Source: a virus (taxonomy: Duplodnaviria; Caudoviricetes). Taken from it: a stretch of 58,196 nucleotides of DNA. Each line of letters begins with the position of its first letter. The stretch's first letter is position 1. Both the position numbers and the translations under genes were made by a program. The notes below the pieces were generated by a model that worked only from the letters and a program-made list of their open reading frames with translations, searched no databases and had not been told where the DNA came from. The stretch lies in the IMG/VR virus record IMGVR_UViG_3300027973_000066, positions 1 through 58,196 of that record; one strand, 5' to 3'. Shown here one piece after another: positions 28,595 to 38,003 of this stretch.

Positions 28595-30954
28595 TACCGT
28601 CCACCCTTCGCAATCTGTGCCAGCACCATCTTCGCCTGCTCAAGAGCAGCGTCATGGCGCTTCATATCAAATTCATGACTGCGCTGCTGACTTTCTCGTG
28701 CCTGCTGGCCTTCCAGCTTCATGGCCTCGATCTGCATCTTGGCCTTGCGGTCTTCCTCCTGGTTTCGGGCATCAGCAGCGGAGTTCATCAGGTTGTACTG
28801 GGTGTTCTCGGCCTTCTGCTGAAGCTCTGCCTTCTTCAGTTCCAGTTCTTCCGGCGACATACCCTTTGACCCTTCGGCCAGACCGCCGGCACCGAAAGAT
28901 TGCATGTCGAACTGAAGTTTCGCTTGGTCGAGTGCTGCGTCTGCTTGCAGTTTCTGAGTACGGGCTTGGGCTTCCATCTCCTTAATCCCAACCTCCTTTT
29001 GCTTAAGCTGGAACTCAGCGATCTTCTCCTGGATCTCAGGCGGCATCTTACCCTGCGCGCTGGGCGGTGCCATGAACTGCTCGGGGTTGTTCCAGCCAAT
29101 GGCCTGCAACGCCGCCTTGTCGATGGCAATTGGATCATACAGCCCAGGCTGCGCCGCCTGAAGCTGTTTTAGGGCCATGATCTTCATAATGCGCTGGGTG
29201 TGGGATGCCGTGTTCGGGTCGGCCTGGGGCACCAACTCGCAGTCGTTCAGGGCCGCCAGGAACGTCTGCTCGTCCCATGCGTAGGAGGGCTTGTTCTTCT
29301 TCTGCCAGAAGCTCTCAGGGTTTTCCTTGAAGCACCGCGCCAGCAGTTGAAACTCGGTGGCCTGGGCGGCGTGCATCCGCTTGTGGACACTGTTCATCAC
29401 CTTCTGGGCCTGCTCGATCATGGCGAGCGTGGTGCCCACTGGCGCATCAGCCCTGCCCTCACCAACAGCCTGCTCGCTCGTGCCGCCGATCCGCATGCCA
29501 GTCTGGGCCATGCTCTCAGTCAGGGCCATCAGGGCCTGGGAGGGCTCCTTGTAGGGTAGGGGCATCACGGCCTGACTGATAGGTAGGCCACCTGTCTTCA
29601 CCAGCGCTCCACCGCCAGGAGGAACGCGGAAGATGTTGGTGTTCTGGCGGGCACCAGTCTCAGCCATCAAGAAGCCGGGAAAGTTGGCGTACATGCCGGC
29701 ATCGAGGAGTTCGCGCCACGCTGCCGTGATGGCGTTGACGGTGTTGCCCAAGATGTGCAGCAGGCCAATGTCGTAGAAGCCAAAGCCGGGCACGAAGGTG
29801 TACTTGACGAAGTTCTGCCGCGCCTCGGGCAGTTCGCCATCCTCATCGTAGTTCCGCACGATGGAGAGGATCTTCTTGCTGCTGGCGTCGATGGTCACCC
29901 GGTAGGGGATCTCAAGGCCGGTGACCTTGCCTTTGAACTTGTGGTGGAAGCCCTGCACATCCAGTTCGCAGTAGCACTCATAGATCTCGCGGTCGCGGTC
30001 GTCAGGGTTGGTGACGGAGACGGCGATGCCCTCCTGGCTGCGCTTCTCAAGCTGCACGCTGTCAAGCTGCGCCATGTTGGGGGTGTGGAGGTCAATGTCC
30101 TTGTACACGCCCAGGATCTGCATGCGCCGCACCACGCTGGGGCGCATGTACACCCGGTGGGTGATGCGCTTGGCGTTGCTCAGGTCAGTGGCGGCATTGT
30201 TCACAATCAGATCTTCGGCATCCACCGTCTCACTCACCGGGCGGTTGCGAAGGGGGCAGAAAGTGATCTTCTTGAACGCAGTGCCGCCGAACCCCAGCAT
30301 CAGCAACATGCGGTCGGTGTCGGGGTAATACTCGGTGGCCACCGCCGTCAGGTAGTGGTTGAGATCTTTCTCGAGGGCGTTGGCCAGCTTGTCCTGCTCG
30401 AGGTTGGCGTTGTTGCTGTCGTTCCGCACCTTCACCGGCCCATCGGTGGGCAACAACTCGCTCCTGGCATTGGCCTGGAAGCGCAGCACAGCCTCAAGGA
30501 GCAGGGGGTGGCGAACTCGGCTCATACCCTCCACAGGAGCCCCGTCAGCGGCCCCCTGAAGGCCTGGGATCTCGATCTTGAGGCCAAGGAGGCGCAGGCC
30601 GGTAGCGCGGTCTTCCACCCAGTCCTGGCGGCTCTGCTGGTCGTCTGAGATGCCGCGCATCAGTTCATCGGAGATGCGGGATAGCTCGAGGTCATCAATC
30701 TTATCGACAAGGTTATCGAACCAGCCGGGCGGGTTTTCGTCGTCTTCAGCGTCGGCAACGGGGCTGCCGTTCAGGCTGACAGTGATGCTGCCGTCGGGGT
30801 GATCAATGCGAAGGATATTGCCCTTGTCATCCATCTCGGGCACGTCTTCGCCCTCATCAGCGTCGATGATCTCAATATCCGCCGCTTCGGGCAGGGGCGC
30901 TGCTGGCGCTGCTTCTTCACGAATATTGGCGCTAAGGCCAGGGACGAGGGGCAT
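28594..30954 (-). CDS. Portal protein
   Basis: 786 aa directly after terL; HPLL.EA..FQA.A..EL.P..GPV and PG.GFY..GL.H..G motifs; C-terminal coiled-coil barrel. Confidence 0.85.
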   Translation of the reverse strand: MPLVPGLSANIREEAAPAAPLPEAADIEIIDADEGEDVPEMDDKGNILRIDHPDGSITVSLNGSPVADAEDDENPPGWFDNLVDKIDDLELSRISDELMRGISDDQQSRQDWVEDRATGLRLLGLKIEIPGLQGAADGAPVEGMSRVRHPLLLEAVLRFQANARSELLPTDGPVKVRNDSNNANLEQDKLANALEKDLNHYLTAVATEYYPDTDRMLLMLGFGGTAFKKITFCPLRNRPVSETVDAEDLIVNNAATDLSNAKRITHRVYMRPSVVRRMQILGVYKDIDLHTPNMAQLDSVQLEKRSQEGIAVSVTNPDDRDREIYECYCELDVQGFHHKFKGKVTGLEIPYRVTIDASSKKILSIVRNYDEDGELPEARQNFVKYTFVPGFGFYDIGLLHILGNTVNAITAAWRELLDAGMYANFPGFLMAETGARQNTNIFRVPPGGGALVKTGGLPISQAVMPLPYKEPSQALMALTESMAQTGMRIGGTSEQAVGEGRADAPVGTTLAMIEQAQKVMNSVHKRMHAAQATEFQLLARCFKENPESFWQKKNKPSYAWDEQTFLAALNDCELVPQADPNTASHTQRIMKIMALKQLQAAQPGLYDPIAIDKAALQAIGWNNPEQFMAPPSAQGKMPPEIQEKIAEFQLKQKEVGIKEMEAQARTQKLQADAALDQAKLQFDMQSFGAGGLAEGSKGMSPEELELKKAELQQKAENTQYNLMNSAADARNQEEDRKAKMQIEAMKLEGQQARESQQRSHEFDMKRHDAALEQAKMVLAQIAKGGR

Positions 30955-31033
30955 GATTAACAGTCCTTGCTTTCCGGCAAAGTAACCACGGCGGCCTTAT
31001 CACACAACATCCAATAGCGTGGAAGGAAAATGG

Positions 31034-32677
31034 TTACGGAGCGCCGTACAGTGGCGCAGGGTCTTTGCCGATATGGCGCATGCTCTCCTGCACCTGGGCA
31101 GTCCACTCCTCGCCCCGCGTCAGCATGCCTAGCTCTCGCATGTGGCGAAGGGCTTGGGACACCGTGTCCACAAGGTCATCGTGCTTGCCACGGGGGAAGG
31201 AGCCCACCTGGGTAATGACCTTATCGGCCCAGGTGCGGTCAGGGCAAAACACCATGCCTTCAGCAAACAGGTGCTGGATGCTGTAGAGCCTGGATAGCTT
31301 GTCCTGGCTCTTCGGGTCGATCAGCATGACGGCCCAGTCCTCGTGGCCGAACAGCCGCCGGATCTCCTGCGCCACGCTGATGCCGGCGGCCTTGTTCTCG
31401 ATCAGGAGGCGATCAACCTTCATGGATTTGCAAGTGTCGGCGGCCTTCTTCACCAGTTCGTGTAGCTCGAGGCGTTCGGCCCAGGCGGTCATGAGCATGA
31501 CGCGCGGGTGCTGCTGGCTGTAGGCGCGCTCGACACCATCCTCGGTCTTGACGCTGCGGGCCATGACATCGCCGCTAAAGACACCCCAGACGGTCAGGGC
31601 GGAGTAATCCCCATCAGACTTGGTGGTGTAGGCGGTGTCCAGGCTGGCGATGATGAAGTCCATTGCCGGGTAGGCGTCGTGTTCCCACAACTGCCACCAC
31701 TCGCGCTTGATGATGCCGCCGCCTCGAGGCTCTGGCCGCTGCTGAAGCTGGCCGGCAACGGCGTAGGGGCCCATCACCGCCTTGTCGCGCTCGACCACAT
31801 CTTCCGGAAACCTTTCCGGAAAGAGCAGTTCGCCGTCTGTAGTGCGAGGATCTGCGAAGGGGACAGGCTCATCCTCCCACTCTGGCCACCACTCGACGGG
31901 GGTGGAGCAGGCGCGGTCTGCCTCAAACTCCATGGGCAGCATCAGGTGCGTGTAAGGCAGAGCCTTGTCGAGGATGGTGCCGCTTACATCCTCCTCGTGC
32001 AAGCGCTGCATGATCACGATGATTGCGGAATTTTTCGGGGAGTTCAGGCGGGTGGGCACCGCCTCGAGGAACCAATCGAGGGTGCTTTGCCGCTGCTGCT
32101 CTGATGCCGCGCTCTCGACGCTGTGAGGGTCATCGATGATAACGCGATCACCACGAGAGCCTGTAATCGTGCCGGCGGCCACGGCTTCGCGGAAGCCCAT
32201 GGATGTGTTCTCAAACTTCAGCTTGGCGTTCTGGTCCTTGGCCAGGGAGACATGAGGCCAGCAGGCCTGATACCACTCCGACACCACCAGCCGGCGCATG
32301 CGGACATTGTCGCGGATGGCGAGGTTCTGGCTGTGGCTGGCGCATAGGTAGCGCAGGTGGGGCATGCGCTGCGGCCCCCACTCCCACGCCGGCCAGAACA
32401 CGCCCACCAAAAGCGACTTCATCGTGCCTGGGGGGATGTTGATGAGGAGGCGGTTGAGCTTGACCCCATCGATCTCCTCTCCGGCTGTGACAGCCTCGAG
32501 GTGAGCGCACAGGGCGTCGATGTGCCAGCCATGAACATAGGCCTGCCCAGGCTCCACGATGTGCCAAGCGAGGCGCACAAAGGCCGCTAGGCTCTCCTCG
32601 CAATCGGCGCGATCAAGCTGGAGGAGAGCATCGCTGGGATCGACGGTCATGCCGTCGATCTTGATCAAGCGGGTCAC
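31034..32677 (-). CDS. terL: Terminase large subunit
   Basis: INIPPGTMKS Walker A, IIDDP Walker B, IMQRLH, QQRP; nuclease motifs SLDTA and HDDLVD. Confidence 0.95.
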   Translation of the reverse strand: MTRLIKIDGMTVDPSDALLQLDRADCEESLAAFVRLAWHIVEPGQAYVHGWHIDALCAHLEAVTAGEEIDGVKLNRLLINIPPGTMKSLLVGVFWPAWEWGPQRMPHLRYLCASHSQNLAIRDNVRMRRLVVSEWYQACWPHVSLAKDQNAKLKFENTSMGFREAVAAGTITGSRGDRVIIDDPHSVESAASEQQRQSTLDWFLEAVPTRLNSPKNSAIIVIMQRLHEEDVSGTILDKALPYTHLMLPMEFEADRACSTPVEWWPEWEDEPVPFADPRTTDGELLFPERFPEDVVERDKAVMGPYAVAGQLQQRPEPRGGGIIKREWWQLWEHDAYPAMDFIIASLDTAYTTKSDGDYSALTVWGVFSGDVMARSVKTEDGVERAYSQQHPRVMLMTAWAERLELHELVKKAADTCKSMKVDRLLIENKAAGISVAQEIRRLFGHEDWAVMLIDPKSQDKLSRLYSIQHLFAEGMVFCPDRTWADKVITQVGSFPRGKHDDLVDTVSQALRHMRELGMLTRGEEWTAQVQESMRHIGKDPAPLYGAP

Positions 32678-33198
32678 TCGCTGGCCTTCGCCGCCTTCAG
32701 TGCGGCACGCAGGGCGGCTCGAGCCTCGGGATCTAGAGAGGTGGCGTCAATCGTGGTTTTGACCTCAGTCTGGATGGGAGCGCCATCAGCGCCTGTCACC
32801 TCAGTCTTGGTGATGTCGTGCCAGCCTTGGGCTGCTCGGCTTCGGTTCTTCAGTCCGAACAATGCGGCGGTAATGTTTCCAGGCGCACCATCTGCAATGT
32901 CACGCACGCGCCGCTCCCACCACGTAGTGCCGGCAACGCGCCCGTTCTTTACGGCATCAGAAAAACTGGGGTGTTCATGCTGCCAGCGGTACATGCTGTC
33001 ATGGCTCAGGCCAATCATGCCGGCAGCGCCATCGAGGCTGTAGCCCTGCGCCATCAGGTCAAACACCTGCTGGGCGATCTCGGGCGTGTACTTCGTAGGC
33101 CGGCCTCGCTTGGGTTGCTCAACAGCCTTCACCACCGCCGCAGGCGCGGCGGGCTTCGCTGGCTTTCCTTTGCGCTTGGGGGCAGGGGCGTTGGGCAT
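32674..33198 (-). CDS. terS: Terminase small subunit
   Basis: GRPTKY + HTH + 'EVTGADGAPI' tail; GTGA overlap with terL; AGGAG RBS before MPN. Confidence 0.85.
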   Translation of the reverse strand: MPNAPAPKRKGKPAKPAAPAAVVKAVEQPKRGRPTKYTPEIAQQVFDLMAQGYSLDGAAGMIGLSHDSMYRWQHEHPSFSDAVKNGRVAGTTWWERRVRDIADGAPGNITAALFGLKNRSRAAQGWHDITKTEVTGADGAPIQTEVKTTIDATSLDPEARAALRAALKAAKASE

Positions 33199-33226
33199 TT
33201 GATGATCTCCTGCCCCTGCATATACG

Positions 33227-33256
33227 AAAAACCCCCAGCTTTCGCCAGGGGTTTGT
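33227..33256 (-). terminator. Rho-independent terminator
   Basis: CCCCTGGC-GAAA-GCTGGGG followed by GTTTTT. Confidence 0.7.
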
Positions 33257-33259
33257 TGG

Positions 33260-33607
33260 TCAAGATCTAAAACCGTGAAGAATGACCGGCGCATCAAAAT
33301 TGAAGAAACATATTGGCTCATCAGAAAACCTAAACCAGTAATTAAGCGGACTGTACCATTCTCCGTCTTTGCGCTTCCGAATGCGAATCACAGAATAATC
33401 TGGGTCACTCCTAACATCCCAGCCTTGGCCTTTCCAATTTTTCATATTGCTTCTGCATTCAGGTGGCACTGGCTTGGAAGCATCTCGAGAAATCCACATG
33501 CTGCGGATTTCCATTGTCTTATCGCTAATAAGGCGCACCACTTCATAAGGGTCAGCTTGAGTTAAAACATCATCGTCATTGAAGCTAAGTTTGATTGCGT
33601 ATTTCAT
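33260..33607 (-). CDS. Hypothetical protein
   Basis: 115-aa ORF, AT-richer than its flanks. Confidence 0.6.
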   Translation of the reverse strand: MKYAIKLSFNDDDVLTQADPYEVVRLISDKTMEIRSMWISRDASKPVPPECRSNMKNWKGQGWDVRSDPDYSVIRIRKRKDGEWYSPLNYWFRFSDEPICFFNFDAPVILHGFRS

Positions 33608-33630
33608 GTTCCTGTTCCTGTTCCAATGAT

Positions 33631-33660
33631 GAAAGGGTGGTGGGGGCCGAAGCCCCCCTC
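33631..33660 (-). terminator. Terminator-like hairpin
   Basis: GGGGGC-TTCG-GCCCCC after the 111-aa gene; weak U tract. Confidence 0.6.
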
Positions 33661-33669
33661 TTTGGGTTG

Positions 33670-34005
33670 TTAAGCGGTTGCGAGCAGCGAGCGCGCCATT
33701 GCCATAATGGCGGTCTTGGCCTCGACCTCTTCGTCGGTCATGAACAGGTCAGTGAGGTAATCGCCAGTGACCGGGCGTGCGGGCGAAACGTCGACGATCT
33801 TGAAGCCGCGAGCATCGAGTGCCGCGATAACTTCAGCATCGGTCATTTCGCGCGTGGTTTCGATCATCGTGGGGTCAACGCCCGTGGCACCGCAACGGAA
33901 GCACTCACCGCCGTTACGGTGCTGGAAAGCTGCGATGCGGCCAGCGCCACTGCAGCGGCTGCAAGGGCGGGCTGTATATTCAGTGACGGTAGTGTTCATC
34001 TTCAT
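33670..34005 (-). CDS. Small Zn-finger protein (CSRCSGAG...CFRCGATG)
   Basis: Two CxxCxxxG motifs; has its own promoter and terminator. Confidence 0.75.
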   Translation of the reverse strand: MKMNTTVTEYTARPCSRCSGAGRIAAFQHRNGGECFRCGATGVDPTMIETTREMTDAEVIAALDARGFKIVDVSPARPVTGDYLTDLFMTDEEVEAKTAIMAMARSLLATA

Positions 34006-34038
34006 AATCCTTCAAACCGGCACCAGCGCCGTGAGATC

Positions 34039-34100
34039 TTTATGGCACCATGCGAGGTAGGGCGCAACACCCTATCTCGCTTTTGTGCAAATTATTTTTA
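34039..34100 (-). promoter_or_regulatory. Sigma70-like promoter with spacer palindrome and AT-rich UP element
   Basis: TTGCGC-N17-CATAAA; TCGCATGGTGCCA overlapping the spacer. Confidence 0.65.
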
Positions 34101-34313
34101 CGTCGGGTCAGGCATCAGCACATTCCCCACGGCGATGTAGAGCCCCATGGCTACGGAAGAGGATGCTGGCACGCTGGCGTAGCCCACTTGTTTATCCGTC
34201 TCATAAACAATCAGCAGCACAGACGGATCACGTGACAGAACCTCATCCAGGGCCTTGCGGGCGGATACGCCAATGGCGCAGTCGTTAGGGTCTATCTTCT
34301 CGCCCTTCTTCAT
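34098..34313 (-). CDS. Hypothetical protein
   Basis: ATGA-coupled to the phosphoesterase gene. Confidence 0.6.
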   Translation of the reverse strand: MKKGEKIDPNDCAIGVSARKALDEVLSRDPSVLLIVYETDKQVGYASVPASSSVAMGLYIAVGNVLMPDPT

Positions 34314-35323
34314 GCCGATCGCCCCGCCTGGACACGAACACGGGGCTTGCCGGCAAGCTCCTGGCCCCGGAACCAAGCCACGCCATTGATGATCTCACAA
34401 AGCTCAGGCGGCATCAGCATTCCATTCCTCCATGTCAGCACCGCGAAGCCGGGGGTCCACAATCTAGTGTTACCTTGCGTGTACCCGAAGCACGGCCAGT
34501 GAGGATCCGCAAGCATGCCAGTCTGCACACCGTACCGCCGCCCTCGCATGTCCACCATGGGCTTTACTTCCAGGCTGTGCGTATCGCCACTGACAAATGA
34601 TACACCAGCTTTGACGGCATTGTTCCAGCCGGCGTGGATACCGCCGTGGTAACGGTGCATGATGACGGCATCATTCAGGTCCAGCCTGTGGCACATCTTC
34701 CAGTCAGGGAATTGACCGGCAAAGTCGAACCCGTCAACGCCCTCAAACATAGCGGCGTTGAGGGCGAGGTATTTGTCGAAGCGGTCATCATGGTTGCCCC
34801 TGACCCAGAACCGCAGGGCTTTTGGCGCTAGGCCCATAATGTCATCGAGGTGCTGCTTGGCGGCCTCAAGTTCGTCTTTGACCTTAATGCGCCTGTTCCA
34901 GCCAATCGGGTCATGCCTGCTGGGCTCGCCCATGTCCACCAGATCACCCACGCTCAAGAGGATGTCAGGCTGCACCAGGGGGATGGCGCGCAGGAGGGCC
35001 TCGTGGGCAAGGCTCCGGGGCTGGTGGAGGCTAGTCCAGTGGGCATCGCTGAATGCCACTACAGTGGCGTTAAGATGCGTGATTTTAAGTGTTAGTTCGC
35101 ATTCAGGCGGATTGTCGGGGTCATAAGCCACTGCTGCGGCCTTGTGGTGTTTCCTGATATCAGGCTTACCAAATCGACTTATCGCCGCCTCATAATGATT
35201 GGCGGCTGTTTTATTGCTTATCGGAGGATTGAATGCTCTTGCCGCTGCGGTGACATTGCCGTGTACTAAAACGGCATTATAAACTTCTTCGATGTCGGAC
35301 CATTTATATGAAGGTTGGGCCAT
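34310..35323 (-). CDS. Calcineurin-like metallophosphoesterase with N-terminal HTH-like region
   Basis: SDAH, GDLVD, GNHD, MH and GDTH motifs. Confidence 0.85.
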   Translation of the reverse strand: MAQPSYKWSDIEEVYNAVLVHGNVTAAARAFNPPISNKTAANHYEAAISRFGKPDIRKHHKAAAVAYDPDNPPECELTLKITHLNATVVAFSDAHWTSLHQPRSLAHEALLRAIPLVQPDILLSVGDLVDMGEPSRHDPIGWNRRIKVKDELEAAKQHLDDIMGLAPKALRFWVRGNHDDRFDKYLALNAAMFEGVDGFDFAGQFPDWKMCHRLDLNDAVIMHRYHGGIHAGWNNAVKAGVSFVSGDTHSLEVKPMVDMRGRRYGVQTGMLADPHWPCFGYTQGNTRLWTPGFAVLTWRNGMLMPPELCEIINGVAWFRGQELAGKPRVRVQAGRSA

Positions 35324-35346
35324 TGGGGTATCGAACCTCTCTGGTC

Positions 35347-35375
35347 AAAAAAAAGGGGAGCCTGGATGGCTCCCC
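35347..35375 (-). terminator. Rho-independent terminator
   Basis: GGGGAGCC-ATCCA-GGCTCCCC followed by T8. Confidence 0.9.
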
Positions 35376-35380
35376 GCGCA

Positions 35381-35587
35381 TTAACTGCGAATTGGTCGAG
35401 ATGCTAGGTAATTCTTCATGTCAAGATCGGCGTTCTCAAATGCTTCACGAAGAGTGACCTTGTTGTGATCCAGCCATTTCTGGATTAGGTGCCGGGCTTC
35501 CCACCTCGGTTCTGCTCCAGCGCCGTGGCAGGCTTCCAGGTAGAGCCTGCGAAGATAGTCTCGCTCGAGTGCGTGCATGGCTGTCAC
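35381..35587 (-). CDS. Hypothetical protein
   Basis: GTGA-coupled ORF ending just before the terminator. Confidence 0.55.
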   Translation of the reverse strand: MTAMHALERDYLRRLYLEACHGAGAEPRWEARHLIQKWLDHNKVTLREAFENADLDMKNYLASRPIRS

Positions 35588-35781
35588 TCCTGGCCTGCCC
35601 ATATGGATGGGCGAGAGATAACATGCAGAACCTTCCCATCAGGCCTTGTCACGTCAAATGGCGGCTGGGTCAGGCCGGCGCGCTGTAGGGGCAGCTTTGG
35701 CAACACAATGAACGTGCTGCCTTCGCCATTGAGCCAGTAGCCCCACTCGACGGTGGGATCATTCGTGTACGTTTCTTCCAT
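35584..35781 (-). CDS. Hypothetical protein
   Basis: TAATG-coupled start (MEETY). Confidence 0.55.
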   Translation of the reverse strand: MEETYTNDPTVEWGYWLNGEGSTFIVLPKLPLQRAGLTQPPFDVTRPDGKVLHVISRPSIWAGQE

Positions 35782-36038
35782 TATGCAGTTTCCTTCATGG
35801 CGGCGATCAACTTGTCTTTGTGCATGGCGGTGAGAAGTTTTCTCCTGACATCTTGATCCAACCAAACGCTATTAATCGTGAGGATCTCCAGCAGCAGCAT
35901 GACGCCTGGGTGGATGGGCACTTTGCCGGCAAGCCAGCGGTAGAGGGTAGACTGGTTGATGCCGCAAACCTTGGCGATGACGGCATCAGTCAAGCCGATC
36001 TCATCCAGGGTTTGGCGCAGGTGGGCGGGGGTGATCAT
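35781..36038 (-). CDS. XRE-type helix-turn-helix protein
   Basis: GLT...IAKVCGINQSTLYRWLAG pattern. Confidence 0.8.
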   Translation of the reverse strand: MITPAHLRQTLDEIGLTDAVIAKVCGINQSTLYRWLAGKVPIHPGVMLLLEILTINSVWLDQDVRRKLLTAMHKDKLIAAMKETA

Positions 36039-36262
36039 GACAACTCTCCTTCAAGATTAGCCAGCGCTTCATCCGTAGCCAGAGTGCTTTCTTCCAGCCG
36101 GTCAATAGCCTCCTCGATCTGCTGATATGCATCCTCCAGATCGTTGTCTTCGCTGACGATCTCTTGCGCCTGCTCAAGCAAGGGCTGCGCCTTGCTGAGC
36201 AAGGCCTGGGCCTTTTTGATCAAGCTGGCCGCGCGGTCAGCGGTTTTTTTGGCGTTGCTCAC
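36035..36262 (-). CDS. Small coiled-coil protein
   Basis: GTGA/ATGA coupling; helical, with an acidic C-terminal half. Confidence 0.6.
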   Translation of the reverse strand: MSNAKKTADRAASLIKKAQALLSKAQPLLEQAQEIVSEDNDLEDAYQQIEEAIDRLEESTLATDEALANLEGELS

Positions 36263-36456
36263 AGTGCATACTCCTCTGCATCGATCCAGTAAGCCTGACA
36301 AGCGTGATGCCAGCCATCACGGAAGGCGTCACGCAGGTGGCTCTGGAGGTACGGGTTAAGGTCATCAATGTCAGCGATGACTTTGCCGACATGCCGCTCG
36401 AAGGCGTGGAAGCCCAGGGTGTAGGCTGCGAGGTAGGCGTCCATATCGATGGTCAT
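36259..36456 (-). CDS. Hypothetical protein (NPY...F.DGW motif)
   Basis: AAGGA RBS; 65 aa. Confidence 0.65.
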   Translation of the reverse strand: MTIDMDAYLAAYTLGFHAFERHVGKVIADIDDLNPYLQSHLRDAFRDGWHHACQAYWIDAEEYAL

Positions 36457-36475
36457 GGTTTTGATCCTTTTGAGT

Positions 36476-36505
36476 GAAAGTAACGGGGGCTGTGAAGCCC
36501 CCGCC
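36476..36505 (-). terminator. Terminator-like hairpin
   Basis: CGGGGGCT-TCAC-AGCCCCCG followed by TTACTTT. Confidence 0.7.
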
Positions 36506-36510
36506 TTGGA

Positions 36511-36786
36511 TTAGCAGGCCACTTTGGGCTTGGCCTTGAGGGTTTCGACCAGGGTCACTTTGGTGCAGGTGGCGATCTGGTCAGCGGTGAGGAACTGAGT
36601 GACCAGCTTAATGTCGAGGTTCTTGCGCTCGGAGAGAGTGACGGTCACGTCAGCCATCTCGCCCTCGACCAGGGAGAGGCCGGTGGCCTTGATCTCGGCC
36701 TTGGCGGCATCGAGGAGCTTGGTGATGCGGTCGGCTTCGGCCTTGAGGGCGGCGAAGCGGTCGGCGAGGGTGAGATTGTCAAACAT
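36511..36786 (-). CDS. Small hypothetical early protein
   Basis: AGGA RBS before MFDNL; own promoter and terminator. Confidence 0.7.
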   Translation of the reverse strand: MFDNLTLADRFAALKAEADRITKLLDAAKAEIKATGLSLVEGEMADVTVTLSERKNLDIKLVTQFLTADQIATCTKVTLVETLKAKPKVAC

Positions 36787-36832
36787 GGTCTTGATCCTGA
36801 TTTTGAGTGCCGGCTCGCTGCCGGTGAACAAA

Positions 36833-36861
36833 CGTATAATTGCACTGTGCGAGGGGCGCAA
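36833..36861 (-). promoter_or_regulatory. Sigma70-like promoter with spacer palindrome
   Basis: TTGCGC-N17-TATACG; TCGCACAGTGCAA in the spacer. Confidence 0.65.
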
Positions 36862-36899
36862 CAGGAAAATGCGTCCCTCGATGATTTTTTTATCGGGCC

Positions 36900-37169
36900 T
36901 TAAAACAGCCTAAGCTGGTTGGCTCTGCGCTTCGCCACCAGCCGCACAATCTCCTCGAGTTCCTCGCGCCAGCTTTCAGGGTAGACCGCGAAGCAGTGGC
37001 TGCCTGGGCCATTGGTTTTAGGCCTGAGCGCTTTGGGTGGAAGTTGGCCGGTGGTAGCCTCATACAGATCACGGGCGGCATTCCCTGCCGCCCAGGTATC
37101 CTCGGGGATGGGTTCCAGATCGAGATCGTGGAACACGTCAATTACCGTGATGCGCTTAGTCCCGTTCAC
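36900..37169 (-). CDS. Hypothetical protein
   Basis: GTGA-coupled start; 'G..P.K...H.FAVYP' pattern. Confidence 0.6.
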   Translation of the reverse strand: MNGTKRITVIDVFHDLDLEPIPEDTWAAGNAARDLYEATTGQLPPKALRPKTNGPGSHCFAVYPESWREELEEIVRLVAKRRANQLRLF

Positions 37170-37321
37170 GGAGCCACCCACATGGCGAAAATACTGAGTA
37201 GGATGGCGATCAGCCACAGCAGGAGTTCCACGTCCTTGTCCTTCCCCAGGTGGTATCCACCGGCGGCAGCAAGGAACAGGGCGGCGAAGTGCATGAAGAG
37301 GGCGATGAAGGAGTAGATCAT
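37166..37321 (-). CDS. 51-aa two-TM membrane protein (not in the ORF track)
   Basis: MIYSFIALFMHFAALFLAAAGG...VELLLWLIAILLSIFAMWVAP; fills the gap and abuts or overlaps both neighbours. Confidence 0.6.
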   Translation of the reverse strand: MIYSFIALFMHFAALFLAAAGGYHLGKDKDVELLLWLIAILLSIFAMWVAP

Positions 37322-37322
37322 C

Positions 37323-37511
37323 TCATTCCTCCAGCAGATCGGTCAGCACTGCGGCGGTAAACCGCACGGCTTCGGCTTGAGTGGCATATTCCTGGGCGGC
37401 ATCTTCATTGCCCAGGGACACCTCGGCACCGTAGAGCCTGTCACGCAACCTTGCCTGCTGCTCCAATACGCGGATTGCGTAGACGATCTTCTCGGCGGCT
37501 TCTTCGGTCAT
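37323..37511 (-). CDS. Hypothetical protein
   Basis: TAATG-coupled start (MTEEAAEK). Confidence 0.6.
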   Translation of the reverse strand: MTEEAAEKIVYAIRVLEQQARLRDRLYGAEVSLGNEDAAQEYATQAEAVRFTAAVLTDLLEE

Positions 37512-37825
37512 TAGCCGTCCTTCCGCGCCAGGGAGAGGGTCGGCTTGCTCCTGGTGGGCGTCACAGTATGCACGGGCGGGGCATAGTGGGGCATCACTTT
37601 GCCGATCAGGCTGCAATTCAGGACTATGTCGCCTCGATCAATCCAGACGCGCTCGCCGGTTTGGCGGTCATCGTCAAAGTACAATTGACGCGCCAGGATA
37701 AATGGATCTTCGCACATTGCCGCGCAGAACTCTGAGCAGTCGACGCTGGGATGCTCAATGATAAGCTGGTGGACGTAGCCCTCGCCTCGGCTGTTGGGCA
37801 TATTCATCGTGACCATAAATCTCAT
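37511..37825 (-). CDS. Hypothetical phage protein
   Basis: 104 aa (MRF.VTMNMP...IGKV); AGGA RBS. Confidence 0.65.
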   Translation of the reverse strand: MRFMVTMNMPNSRGEGYVHQLIIEHPSVDCSEFCAAMCEDPFILARQLYFDDDRQTGERVWIDRGDIVLNCSLIGKVMPHYAPPVHTVTPTRSKPTLSLARKDG

Positions 37826-37883
37826 TTTTCAATTCCTGTCTGATAGCGGAAGGGGGTTGGTGAAGCGGAAATTGCTTAGGGGG

Positions 37884-38003
37884 TCAATCCTCATCCTCCT
37901 TCCAATTTGTCTCACGCCACTGTGCCGCCAGACCAACTCCAGCGCAAAGGGCGGCAATCACGACGCCGCCGATCAACGCAATCCAAAAAAAATTGATACT
38001 CAT
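37884..38003 (-). CDS. 39-aa single-TM protein (not in the ORF track)
   Basis: MSINFFWIALIGGVVIAALCAGVGLAAQWRETNWKEDED; ATGA overlap with the upstream stop. Confidence 0.55.
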   Translation of the reverse strand: MSINFFWIALIGGVVIAALCAGVGLAAQWRETNWKEDED

